Shown piece by piece: positions 48,801 to 61,200 of a DNA stretch of 64,000 nt (positions within the stretch are counted from its first letter, which is position 1; each line of letters begins with the position of its first letter). Below the pieces are notes generated by a model. That model had not been told where the DNA came from and made no database searches. It was given only the letters and a program-made list of their open reading frames with translations. Source of the stretch: Dendrobates tinctorius. Lineage: Eukaryota. Location: the NCBI RefSeq assembly GCF_039654945.1, contig NW_027361810.1, positions 26,226,001 through 26,290,000 on the forward strand. Reading direction: 5' to 3'. The position numbers and the translations under genes were made by a program.

Positions 48801-50623
48801 CACAATAACTTTTATGGTCCTGTTACCCTTGGAAAAATAAGAATTGAGGGTGAAAAGATCATTTTTGTGGAAAAAATATGATTTTTTAATTGTATGGCTT
48901 TATGTTATAAACTTCTGTGAAGCCCATGGGGGTTCAAAGTTCTCACCACACATCTAGATAAGTTCCTTAGGGGGTCTAGTTTCCAAAATGGTGTCATTTG
49001 TGGGGGGTTTCCACTGTTTTGGTACATCAGGAGTTTTCCAAACGCGACATGGTGTCCGATCTCAATTCCAGCCAAAAACGTCAAATGGCGCTGCTTCCCT
49101 TCCGAGCTCTGCCATGCGCCCAAATAGTGGTTTACCCCCACATGTGGGGTATCAGCGTACTCAGGACAAATTGCACAATAACTTTTAGGGTCCTGTTACC
49201 CTTGGAAAAATAAGAATTGAGGGTGAAAAGATCATTTTTGTGGAAAAAATATGATTTTTTAATTGTATGGCTTTATGTTATAAACTTCTGTGAAGCCCAT
49301 GGGGGTTCAAAGTTCTCACCACACATCTAGATAAGTTCCTTAGGGGGTCTAGTTTCCAAAATGGTGTTATTTGTGGGGGGTTTCCACTGTTTTGGTACAT
49401 CAGGGGTTTTCCAAACGAGACATGGTGTCCGATCTCAATTCCAGCCAAAAACGTCAAATGGCGCTGCTTCCCTTCCGAGCTCTGCCATGCGTCCAAATAG
49501 TGGTTTACCCCCACATGTGGGGTATCAGCGTACTCAGGACAAATTGCACAATAACTTTTAGGGTCCTGTTACCCTTGGGAAAATAAAAATTGGGGTGAAA
49601 AGATCATTTTTGTGGAAAAAATATGATTTTTTAATTGTACCGCTGTACGTTATAAACTTCTGTAAAGCCCTTGTGGGTTCAAAGTTCTCACCACATATCT
49701 AGATAAGTTCCTTGGGGGGTCTAGTTTCCAAAATGGGGTCACTTGTAGGGGGTTTCCACTGTTTAGGTACATCAGGGACTCTCCAAACGTGACATGGCGT
49801 CCAATCTGAATTCCAGCCAATTTTGCATTGAAAAAGTCAAACGGCGCTCCTTCCATTCTGAGCTCTGCCATGCGCCGAAACAGTCGTTCCCCCCCACATA
49901 TCAGGTATCTGCGTACTCAGGACAAATTGCACAATAACTTTTGCAGTTCAATTTCTCCTGTTACCCTTGGTAAAATAAAAAAAATTGAACCTGAATTATT
50001 TTTTTTATGAAAAAAAGTTAGATGTTCATTTTTTTTTAAATATTAAAAAAAATTCCTGTGACGCACCTAAAGGGTTAATAAACTTCTTGAATGTGGTTTT
50101 GAGCACCTTAAGGGGTGCTGTTTTTAGAATGGTGTCACTTTTGGGTATTTTCTATCATATAGACCCCTCAAAGTGGCTTCAAATGTGATGTGGTCCTAAA
50201 AATAAAATGGTGTTGTAAAAATGAGAAATCGCTGGTCAACTTTTAACCCTTATAACTTCCTAACAAAAAAAAATTTTGGTTCCAAAATTGTGCTGATGTA
50301 AAGTAAACATGTGGGAAATGTTAGTTATCAAGTTTTTTGTGTGCCGTATCTCTGTGATTTAAGGGCAAAAAAATTCAAAGTTGGAAAATTGCGAAATTTT
50401 CAAAATTTTCCCAAAATTTCCGCTTTTCTCACAAATAAACGCAAGTTATTTGAATGAAATTTTACCACTAACATGAAGTACAATATGTCACGAGAAAACA
50501 ATGTCAGAATCACCAGGATCCATGGAAGCGTTCCAGAGTTATGACCTCATAAAGGTACAGTGGTCAGAATTGTAAAAATTGGCCCGGTCATGAACGTGCA
50601 AACCACCCTTGGGGGTGAAGGGG
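45837..50623 (+). mobile_element. Non-autonomous piggyBac (4.8 kb), sister of 35206-40405; gap at 47272-47437
   Basis: TTAA flanks; near-identical sequence with a different array copy number. Confidence 0.95.
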
Positions 50624-50936
50624 TTAAATACATATATTTTAAACATAAAAAAATGTTTTCAGGCTGCAGAATGAGTTAACGGAGAATCCGTCAGTGATCT
50701 CATTCTGATGGTCTGACATAATTCTTTTTCTGAGCTCCTCCCAGGGTCCCATGTAAAGTTCTTCTAAGGAGATCCCTTTTTTTCTGACTTGTTCTTTGTT
50801 CCATCCAAAAACTTTTTCATGTAGCGGAGTGATACATGTGAATCTCTCAAAGTTTTTCATTGGCCTCTTTTGGCAAATTTGGAGTATATCTACAAGGCAC
50901 AATTTGCATATTTGGAAGATCTACTGCAGGGTGATC

Positions 50937-50954
50937 TAGCGCCACCTATAGCCC
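50937..50954 (-). promoter_or_regulatory. CTCF-like motif
   Basis: CTAGCGCCACCTATAGCC, nearly the same as the motif at 3641. Confidence 0.4.
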
Positions 50955-53559
50955 ATTAGCACTCTGTGCAGACATTACTACATTAAGGAAAGCAAACGAT
51001 GAAATGCTATGGTCAGAAAACGATTATCAGTATTTGTAATAAGTTTTCATAGTTGGGGAGGGTAAGGAGAGCCAGGTGTTGTATGTTTTTCGCTTTTGCG
51101 TTTTATTGAGAAGCAATTATTGCAAAATTCTAAAGACCCATTAAGACACCATTATACAGAAAAAACATTATCCTACACAAACTACACCGTATACTGTATG
51201 ATTGACCTATCCCCGCATCGCTTAGGGTTTATTTCCAGGGCATAGAGATGTTATGTTCTGAAATAAATAAGAAAACAAAAGAAAACCCTGAAATAAAAAC
51301 GGATAATAGGCTTCCAATTAATTAAAGCAATAAAATGCAGAATAAGAAAATAACTGTGCGGCATCTCCCCAGGACATAGGAAGTAATAATCAATATCTGA
51401 ATATGTTCTGGCTCCACAAATAATCTGCAAACCATGGAGTCGATAAACTATAAAGAGAAATATTCAATGTAGCAAAATATAGCTGAAAGCCAAGAATAAG
51501 TCAACGCCAAATCAATGGAAAAACAGAATAGCATATTCACGTAAACATAGCGATAGAAGAAGAAAGCTCGCATCCCGCCATGTGTGAAAACCGGAAGGGA
51601 TAAATAGAATCTATAATGGTGAGCAACAACATCTCGGAGGTTTTATTAAAATTTCAGCTTCACCGGAACATGAAAAGAGTTTTCTCAAGATCAGTGTTCA
51701 GGAGCGCACCGCTCCCCTGCCCCCGGATCCCTGCTTGGCGGGATGGAATGATGCTGAATGACTGACAGTTCAGGCTGGCGGCATGGATGAGCCGTTACTT
51801 CGACCTGTGCGCTCTCTGCTGATGCATTGAGAAAGCTTTGCTACTACAGATTTGGAGGAGCGCAGGTGCACTTAGCCTAATGGATCCAACGATCCGGTCA
51901 AATTCAGAGCTGCGCTTGCGAGCACAATAGCAAAGAGCTTGTAAGCGCTGCGCTTCTTGTCACCTCTGAAAGACTGCAATAGTGACTGGCAACTAAGGCA
52001 ACAGACAGTAATTGTTCAACCTTTCTTGAGAATGGAGAGGGTTTTCTTTAAGAAGCAAGTAAATTCCAAAGTTGCTTGTTTTTAAAAGTACTTTGCAATT
52101 CTACCCATCATTTATCATGGAAAGTTCAATCTGTAGTGAAAACTTAAAGAGGTTTTCCCAAAAGAAGTCAGGGTACATGATAAGTTCTAGATAGTTGGGA
52201 AATCGATTTCTAAGATGACCTTATTTGAATAGATTGGCAGTGCGCTTGCTTTGACAATGAATGCCAAGCATACGCACTGCCACCCCTTATCAAACAAAAG
52301 ACAGAAGTTTTGGCGTCCGAGTGCTGAGACCCCCACCAATCTAAAGATGGGACCTATGACCTTAATTGAATGGACTGGCAGTGCTCATGCTATAAGGGAA
52401 TGAATGCGGAGCATGCGCACTGCCAGCCCATTCAAACAGGGGACAGCAATTTTGGCGTCCGCATGCTCACCAATCTAAAGGCTATCACCTATCCTGTGGA
52501 TAAATGATTCCTTCTTCTTATCGGAATAATACATCTTTAAAGAGGTTGTCCACCTCTGGGGAATGTTTTTGTTTTTACTTAATGCATGTTCGGTGTTGAA
52601 AATTATTTTTGCAATTTTGCACCGTTCGGGTTTTCCAGGTTCTTTGTTTTCCTGCACAATCAACTTTGATGTGGTCTATGGTCATAAATCAGCTTAAAAA
52701 GAAAAGACAGAATTCTCCCATTGAACCGCCAGAACAAGTTCACTTACAGAATCTCTGTTTACTCATTCGGCAGCCAGAACTAGAGAGTGCAGCACAGAGA
52801 GAGACTATACAAGGCAAACAATGCTAAAATTTTAATGAAACCCAACTGCAAAAATAATTTTTAGCCCAAATTAATTCCATTCAAGTAAGAAAAAAAAATA
52901 AAGTGCCCCCAAAGGTGGAAAAAACACCTCCAATAAAGAGTAAATATTGCCGACACTTCCAGACTGTTGAACAGTTATCCCCAAGCTGCAGAACACAGAA
53001 ACGATCACTGCTCATTGTTTGCGCTGCGGATAGGACTGTCTCTTGCAAATGTGCCCTGATCATTAAAGTCCTTCAGTGAACTCCACATTAAAAACAATAA
53101 GCATGTTGATGTTGAGGTATTGATTTAACTCCTTGTAAATATCGATCTTGCTCTTTCTTTAATCTAAACTGCCAGAGTGTCTTTGCGAGTACCTGCTCGG
53201 AGGATAATGTGATTTTACTGATCTCTACAGAACTCCAACAAAAAATATCCTGCAGAATTAAAGATGAACTAAACCGATGTATCAAAACTCACAGATGTCA
53301 TAATGTGTCCTAATCCCGAAGTTCCAGATGTTTTACAAATCCTTCCCGGTGCTTCTGTCAGTCGTTTTATTGGTTGGAAAGATGGACCCATCCTTTAATC
53401 CACAAGGCACAATATTCTCGGCATACCTGAATTCATTCACTCCTTATTCATCACTTTCTTTGTGAAGCTTCATTCTATTTCTTGCATTCTTCAATGAATG
53501 TGAAAATAAATGGGGTCAGATTTAAAGAGAATTGTCGGAGACATTATCCCCACCGAAGC

Positions 53560-54640
53560 TGTCATGGTCACGCGTGTCTGGACGAAGCGAGTACCGCAAG
53601 GCGAACTCATGTGACGCATGTGACCCTGGATACACCGCCTCCAGTGGGGCGAATTTAAATAATAAACACGTGCAGCTGGATACACCGCCTCCAACTGGCG
53701 AATTTAGACATTGCAAGTCTGGAAACCCCGCCTCCAGTAAGGCGAATTTAAACAATAAGGGAAACCTGGGAAACATTAACAATGGTGGGCCCTGCGATAG
53801 AGAATAGGGAAGTGGAGACCTCCTGAGCTCCCCTGAGTCAGTGTCCCTGCACTCCTAATGTTCCCTATGCCGGTTCCGCACCGGGCGCGCAACAGGAACC
53901 TAAAAACCCTAGCTCGCCCTGACCTAAACCCTCCCTAGGGAATTGGTCGGTGCAGAAACTAATCCCACCACTGCACTAAAACACACATGAGGAAAGATGA
54001 CAAAACAGGGGAAACACCACTTAGCTTTGCTCTGTTGCGTACGCTCCTAGCAACAGAGCCCACCACCTGTGTGCATCTTCTCCTCCACCCGGATCCATCA
54101 CCATAACTGGATCCTTCACCATAGTGCAGCCTTGGAGCAGAGTCCACCACCAGTTGCAGCTGCCCAGTAAACAGAGTCCCAAAGACGAGTCTAGCTTCTG
54201 CCAAAAAGTCAAGCATGCTTGAGTCCAGCTCTCAGCAACCAAGTCCCGCATGCTGAGTGCAACTCTCTCCATATTCATCACTCCACCAAGCCATGCAAGC
54301 ACTTCCTGCAAACACCATAAACTGTGACTCCACCACGCCATGCCAGCCCTTCTTGCAGACCACCTAGCTGCCACTCGTCCCCTCTGGCTGGGCTGCGCAG
54401 GACTCATGTTCAGCTCCTTCTTTCACCCAGGCTTCCTTGAGAATGACTAACACACAATATCACCAACAGTGATTGAACCCACCTGGCTCCCTTTTATAGA
54501 GCCTAACACCTGATTTGTAATTAAGTGCACATAACCAAAGAACTAAAGTGCGATACCACTCACCACCACTGGGGCAACTTAGAATGAACGACACCACGTG
54601 TAATAATTCTAATGGCCACTGGGGGCAATCACATCACACT
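53560..54640 (-). mobile_element. Probable Gypsy-type solo LTR remnant with a short internal tandem repeat
   Basis: Minus-strand TATAAAAG at ~54491-54498; CTGGATACACCGCCTCCA...GGCGAATTTA repeated three times at 53626-53750. Confidence 0.4.
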
Positions 54641-54904
54641 TTGGCACACAGCCAAAGGAAAAAAAGTTCACTTTATGCATTTAAGCTGTCAGATTCACCT
54701 TGGATCATGACAGTAGCATTAATTGATACCTATTCGGGCACCATTTGCAATGAAATTCTAGTTTATTGATATGAAAATTGGGTCTGCAAGTGATATGGTA
54801 AGTGTATCAGTGCACTTGCAGTCTATGAGTTCTCTCTGATCCTCCCTGCTAACACCTGGCCACTATTTTTGATTGATAGTGGAGACTGAGGCTTTGCTGC
54901 ATAA

Positions 54905-55257
54905 AGCCCCCGTTACACACTGCGATATCGCTAGAAATATCGCTGTAAAGTCACCGATTTTGTGACGTTGCAGCGATATTGCTAGCGATATCGCTGCATG
55001 TGATACTTACCTCCGACCGGCTCCCCCGCTGGTTATCGCTGATCGCGCGAGAAGCTCCTGGACCTGGAGCCGGGCGGGAGGACGTCGGGATCGCCTCGTC
55101 TGACAGGTAAGTATCGATCCCCAACCCCAGCGATGTCACTGGTGAGATCTGCCTGTGTGGCAGCTCACTAGCGACCACCTAGCGATGCACCAGCGATCCG
55201 GACTGCGTCATATCGCTGGTCGGGATCGCTGGTGCATCGCTAGGTGTAACGGTACCC
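54905..55257. mobile_element. Harbinger MITE (ATCGCT-rich)
   Basis: TAA flanks; CCGTTACAC / GTGTAACGG subtermini. Confidence 0.7.
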
Positions 55258-58200
55258 TAACACCTCTGCTGTCCACTGTCAATCAACAAGTAGTAGCAGC
55301 ACTGACAGGTAGAAGAGAAGAAGAGCCATAGAATGCAAGTGCACGTAAACGCTCACCAGGGTACTTGTGGTCCTAGAGAGAAACTGTCAGAGACATTATA
55401 TCTGTGAAGGCAGAGAAAGTGCAGGATAAGGCAGTATAAGACGTGATGGAAGATAAAAATTCAGGCTGAAAATTCTGCACTGAAATTATATTTTGTTAAT
55501 ATGCAAATTAGGGCCACAAGTGCCTGGTAAACATATCAGTGAACTTTCAGTCCATGACTTCTCTTCGCGTCTCCCATCTGGCGCCAGTTCTGCTCCCGCT
55601 TTTTGATTGACAGCGGAGACTGGGACTGTTCTGCAAAACAACACCTTTGCTCTTCACTGTCAACCAAGAATCGACTGGAAGAAGCGAAGAGAAGCCATAG
55701 ACTGCAAGTGCACTGATACGCTCACCTGTGCACTTGCAAGCCTAAAGAGAAACTGTCAAAGACATTATCCATGTGAAGTCAGAGAAAATGCAGGATAGGG
55801 AGTATAAAACATGTCAGAAGATACCTACTCTTGCACTAGCTGCTGTGCCAAAATTCTATTTTATTAATATGCAACTTAGGTTTGCAAGTGCACTGGAAAG
55901 AGTATCAGTGCACTTGCAGTCCATGACTTCTCTTTGCTTTTTCCAAGCCGGCGCCTGTTCTGGTCCCGCTTTTTGATTGACAGGGGAGTCTGAGACTGCT
56001 GTAAAACATCTCTGCTGCAAAACAACATTTCTGATCTCCACTGTCAATCAAGAAGCAACAGGGAGAAGTGAAGGGAAGCCTTAGACTGCAAGTGCACTTA
56101 TACGCTCACCTGTGCAATTGCAAACCTAATTTTCTTATCAATAAAAGCTGAATTTTGGTGCAGTCACACACAGGAGTATTTATCTTTAATAATTCTTACA
56201 CACCCTACCTTGCACCGACTCTGCTTGCCCAGGGGTAATGTTACTGACAAGTTGATTTTAAAAGGAGCCTGCAATCAGTGGTGTTCTCTAAGTCCACAAT
56301 TGGGCGTCTCCTACGTCACCCACATAGTCTTTTCAACTCTTGCACATGCTCAGTAAGGAACCAGACATGAACAGGCTGTGTGGATGACATAGGAGATGTC
56401 ATCTAAGACAATCAACATGGGAGAGGTCGCGATTGTGGGCACAGAGGAGAAAATGTCATGGGACAGTTTACTAGATATGTGGGGCAACTGGGCTCGTATG
56501 AAGGTGTTGCAGGAGTGCCACTAAGAACAGATACAGTCATGGTTGAAATAGATTATATGCAAAAAAAAATTGGTGAAAACCTTTCCAAAAACAGTGCAAA
56601 TTTAGAAGAAACGGTTTGAAAATTTGCCAAAATTATTGCAGTGGCTCATGCTGGATGATACATTTTGAACATCTCTAGACCCATTTGTCTAACTTTACTC
56701 CAGCTATTGGTTGGCCCACTTTGAGTTGCTCTTTGATCCTTAAGTTTGTTTCCATTTTATCCACTTTAACCCAATTTAAGCCGTGTCCGTTTTCAGTGAA
56801 GCCACGTTCCGGTCCTATAAGCCATTTTTCTTTTGGATCAGCAGCAAAAAGTGTCTAAAATGAATAATAAATAATTCTTGATTGGTTCATTTTGAACTAA
56901 AATTCATCAACGTTTGGTAAATTTACAGCTGAAGCTGAGAGTTTAGAGTGGTTTGGAGAAGAAGGGTGTAGATAATTAGGCTGTAAAACCAATGCACATC
57001 ATACACTTCTATAACTAAGTATGGGTGGGATTAACACAGTCTGGAGGTCCTACGGGAGGAGGATTTTTTAACTGTTTCTGCTAATGTAATGCAATTCAAC
57101 ACTAAAGTTCATTACATTGTTTTGATCACTGATCTACATAATTTTACAAGGTCAACGTTGATGGTAAAATGATATTGAATTACAATGTTAGATTTCTACA
57201 GTTGCAGCTAAGCTGAGATTCCGTTTTCTGCCTTATAGCCAAGGGGTGCAGAGGAGCAGCTGAAGCTGGGCAGAGGACATCGAAGCGTCTGGGCCACATG
57301 AGAAGACACCACTATTATAAATGAAACATAGTCAGTAGTGTCCCTGTTACAAATTTTGTATTGGGACCCAGTTATGTATAAATATATCTTTAGAACCAAG
57401 CACAGAGGGCACTCCTCTTTTCATATCTTAAAGAAAATCTGTCACTAGATTTCACAATACAACCTGCGCACATTATTTAGTGAGGCAGGGTATCACACTT
57501 TAAAAATCCATATCACAGTAGCTCTATAATGCCTTATTACAATGTAGACGTAATCTCTGCTCAATTAACCTGACTAACAGATCGGTGTGCCTCCTCCTTG
57601 CTGATACTAAATCTCCACCCACCTAGTATGACCCATAGCTCCTCATTGTCCCTCCTCCCTGCTACTAAATCTCCACCCACCTAGACGGATTGACAGCTTC
57701 TCAGTGTTCTTCCTCCCTGCTGCTTCTAAGTCTCCAGCCACATAGCCTGACTGATGAGTTCTAAAGAGGTCTCTATAAATCGCCCTTCCTAATTACCAAT
57801 GAAATCCAAAAAAGAACGAAAGAATAAGGTCACATCTCAAAAAATGTGAATACAATAAGTTTTATTTATGCCCATATAAAATGACAAAAAGGAGAAGAAA
57901 CAAACTGGTGTGACACCACCAAGTATGATACACAGGTTCACATCAAATGAGCTATGGAAGAAAAACATGTATAAAAAAAGCTCATAGATTGATACAGATA
58001 CCAAGTGGAGTCCACCAAAAACAGTACAAAACCAGCGCATGTGCGCCATATAGCTCCCACACAACTCCAATGAAAAGGAGAGTGAGTGGACAGAATACCA
58101 CCTCTAGTGAGGTATATCCCACACAAATATATATCTAGAGACAAATACCAAAATTGGCTCAAAATCAGCACAGTATCCACTCAAGAAGAGGAAGGAGCAA

Positions 58201-58265
58201 TGCCTGATTGGAATGAACTGTAAAAAGGCAATAAAGTAAAGTGCTATGTGCGTACCTATGTGCAA

Positions 58266-61200
58266 TGTTGTGAGTTCATTTTCCCCTTCACCGTCGATGT
58301 CTGATGAACTCCCTCTTCTGGTGAAGGAAGGTAGTGAGGCTGATAGGATAGGATCAGGGGTCTGCAATCCGATAGCTACCAACCTCTCCGGTTTTCTGGA
58401 CTTAGCTTGTATTTTTGCTTTTTCCTCCTTCGGTGACTCATTCATAACAGAATCACCTGCCATACCGCAGATCCTAGGGTACTCAATAGCAGGAAAGAAT
58501 TGTAAAAAAAAAAGAGTTTGTCAGAATTTTTTTTTCTGTGTATATTTTTTCCTCTATGTCTCTGAGGCTGTAGGGGGAATTTTTTTTTCTTTCTCAATGG
58601 AGATGAAGCAATTGTCTGATCATGTGGAGCAGCTCACTGCTGACGTGCAGGGAATTTCCGCCTATCTTGCTCATTCATATGCTGCTGAACCAAAGATTCC
58701 TTCTCCTGATGTGTTTTTTGGGGATCGGTCTAAATTTTTGAATTTTAAGAATAATTGTAAATTATTTTTTGCCTTGAAGCCTAACTCGTCGGGGAGCTCA
58801 GCGCAGCAGGTTAAAATTGTCATCTCTTTGCTGCGCGGCGATTCCCAGGATTGGGCATTTTCTTTGAAACCTGATGATCCTATTCTTACTAATGTGAACG
58901 CATTTTTTCAAGCCTTGGGGTTGTTGTATGATGAACCTAATGCTATTGATCAGGCTGAAAAGGCCCTGTTGGCATTGAGCCAGGGTTTGGATTCTGCAGA
59001 GTTGTACTGTCAAAAATTCCCAAAGTGGGCGGTCCTTACTACCTGGAATGATGGTGCCTTGGCAGCTCTCTTTCGGAAGGGTTTGTCAGAGACCGTAAAG
59101 GATACTATGGTGGGATTTCCTGTTCCCTCTGGTCTTGATGATTCTATGTCATTAGCCATTCAGGATGATCGGCGTTGGCGTGAATGCAAAACCGCACGAG
59201 AAGTGTTGCCACCTGTTGAACAAATGTCTGAACCTATGCAATGTGATAGAGTTTTGTCTAGGGCGCAACGTCAGGAGTTCAGAAGGCGTAATGAGCTGTG
59301 TTTCTTCTGCGGTGATGCCTCGCATATTATTTCTGTCTGCCCTAAACGAGAGAAACGTTTTGCACACACATTTGCTGTGGGTGGTGTTCAACCTACGTTT
59401 CTTCTGGCAATTACTCTGATCTGCTCCCTGTCCACTTTTTCCGCCAAGGCTTTTGTGGATTCGGGAGCAGCTCTGAACCTGATGGACTTGGATTTTGCTA
59501 AACGTTGTGGATTTCCAATGACACCTCTGCGGACGCCTATCCCTTTGAGGGGTATTGATGCTACTCCTTTGGCGAAGAATAAACCTCAGTTTTGGACCCA
59601 GGTGGTAATGCGGGTCACCCCAGACCATCAAGAGAATTGCAGATTTTTGGTGTTGCATAATTTGCATGATACCATTGTTCTGGGGTTTCCCTGGTTGCAA
59701 ATCCATAATCCAGTTTTGGATTGGAAATCTGTGTCTGTGGTGAGTTGGGGTTGTCGGTGTGCCCTTAGTGATGCTCCTGTTTTCTCCACCTCTTCCCAGT
59801 CGCATGATGTTCCTGACTATTTGGCTGATTTTTATGATGTATTTAGTGAGAATGAGTCTGCGTCTTTGCCTCCTCATAGGAGTTATGACTGTGCAATTGA
59901 GCTGAGCCCTGGGTGTAAATTTCCCAAGGGTTGACTTTTTAATTTATCTCTACCCGAGCATGAGGCTATGCGATCCTATATTAAGGAGGCGTTGGAGAAG
60001 GGTCATATTAGACCATCCTCTTCACCCTTAGGTGCTGGGTTTTTTTTCGTGGCTAAGAAAGATGGGTCATTAAGGCCTTGTATTGACTATCGTTCCCTCA
60101 ACAAAATTACTGCTAAATATCAGTATCCGTTACCCCTGATTTCTGATCTATTCTCCAGAGTTAAATTTGCTTGCTGGTTTACAAAGCTTGACCTCAGGGG
60201 GGCGTATAATCTTATTCGCATTAAGCATGGGGATGAATGGAAGACGGCGTTTAATACTCCGGAGGGACATTTTGAGTACCTGGTGATGCCTTTTGGGCTC
60301 ACTAATGCCCCTTCTGTCTTCCAGTGCTTCATGAATGATATTTTCCGAGACTTGGTGGATACATTTTTGATCATCTATCTGGATGATATTTTGATCTTTT
60401 CCAAGGATTGGGACTCTCATGTGGAACATGTTCGGACTGTGTTCCGGATTTTGAGGGAGAATTCCCTGTATGTCAAGGGATCGAAATGCCTTTTTGGTGT
60501 ACAGAGGATTTAATTTTTGGGATTTATTTTGTCTCCGTCAACTATTGAAATGGACCCGGCCAAGGTTCAGGCCATTTATGATTGGGTTCAGCCCACTTCT
60601 TTGAAGGCCCTCCAGAAGTTTTTGGGTTTTGCTAATTTTTATCGTAAATTTATAGCTAATTTTTCTGGTATTGCCAAACCATTGACTGATTTGACTAAGA
60701 AGGGTGCTGATGTGTTGAATTGGTCTCCGGAGGCTGTTTCTTTCTTTCAGGAGCTGAAGCGAAGGTTCACGTCTGCTCCGGTTTTGCGGCAACCTGATGT
60801 CTCACTCCCGTTTCAGGTAGAGGTGGACGCTTCTGAGATTGGTGCAGGAGCTGTTTTGTCCCAAAAAGTTCCTGTAACAGCTAAAATGAATCCCTGTGCT
60901 TTCTTTTCCCGAAAGTTCTCCCCATCCGAACGTAACTATGATGTGGGGAATCGGGAACTGTTAGCCATGAAATGGGCATTTGAAGAGTGGAGACATTGGT
61001 TGGTGGGAGCTAAACATCAAGTCGTGGTCCTTACTGACCACAAGAATTTGATTTACCTGGAGTCGGCCAAATGCTTGTATCCTAGACAGGCTAGGTGGGC
61101 CTTGTTTTTCACACGTTTTGATTTTGTGGTCTCTTTTCTTCCGGGCACTAAGAATGTCAATGCAGACGCCCTCTCTAGGAGTTTCTTTGCTGATTCTCCT

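Noticed and set aside
32560-50000. Regular ~390-bp repeats and their many short ORFs as a CRISPR-like array or gene cluster
   Set aside because: Whole units repeat with no unique spacers, the ORFs are recurring translations of the same repeat, and the context is a vertebrate transposon
35206-50623. Segmental duplication or assembly duplication of a 5-kb block
   Set aside because: Homology ends exactly at the TTAA termini with different flanks and scattered substitutions, indicating independent transpositions
58300-58335. CTGATGA in the Gypsy LTR as a hammerhead ribozyme
   Set aside because: No stem II followed by GAAA and no NUH site; only a CCTTCACC/GGTGAAGG hairpin
58246-58596. N-terminal 117 aa of the 562-aa ORF
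   Set aside because: It is translation through flank, deleted LTR and leader; Gag more plausibly starts at ATG 58597
58597-59934. Domesticated PEG10/RTL-like host gene
   Set aside because: LTRs, purine tract, full pol and nonsense codons show an ordinary retrotransposon copy
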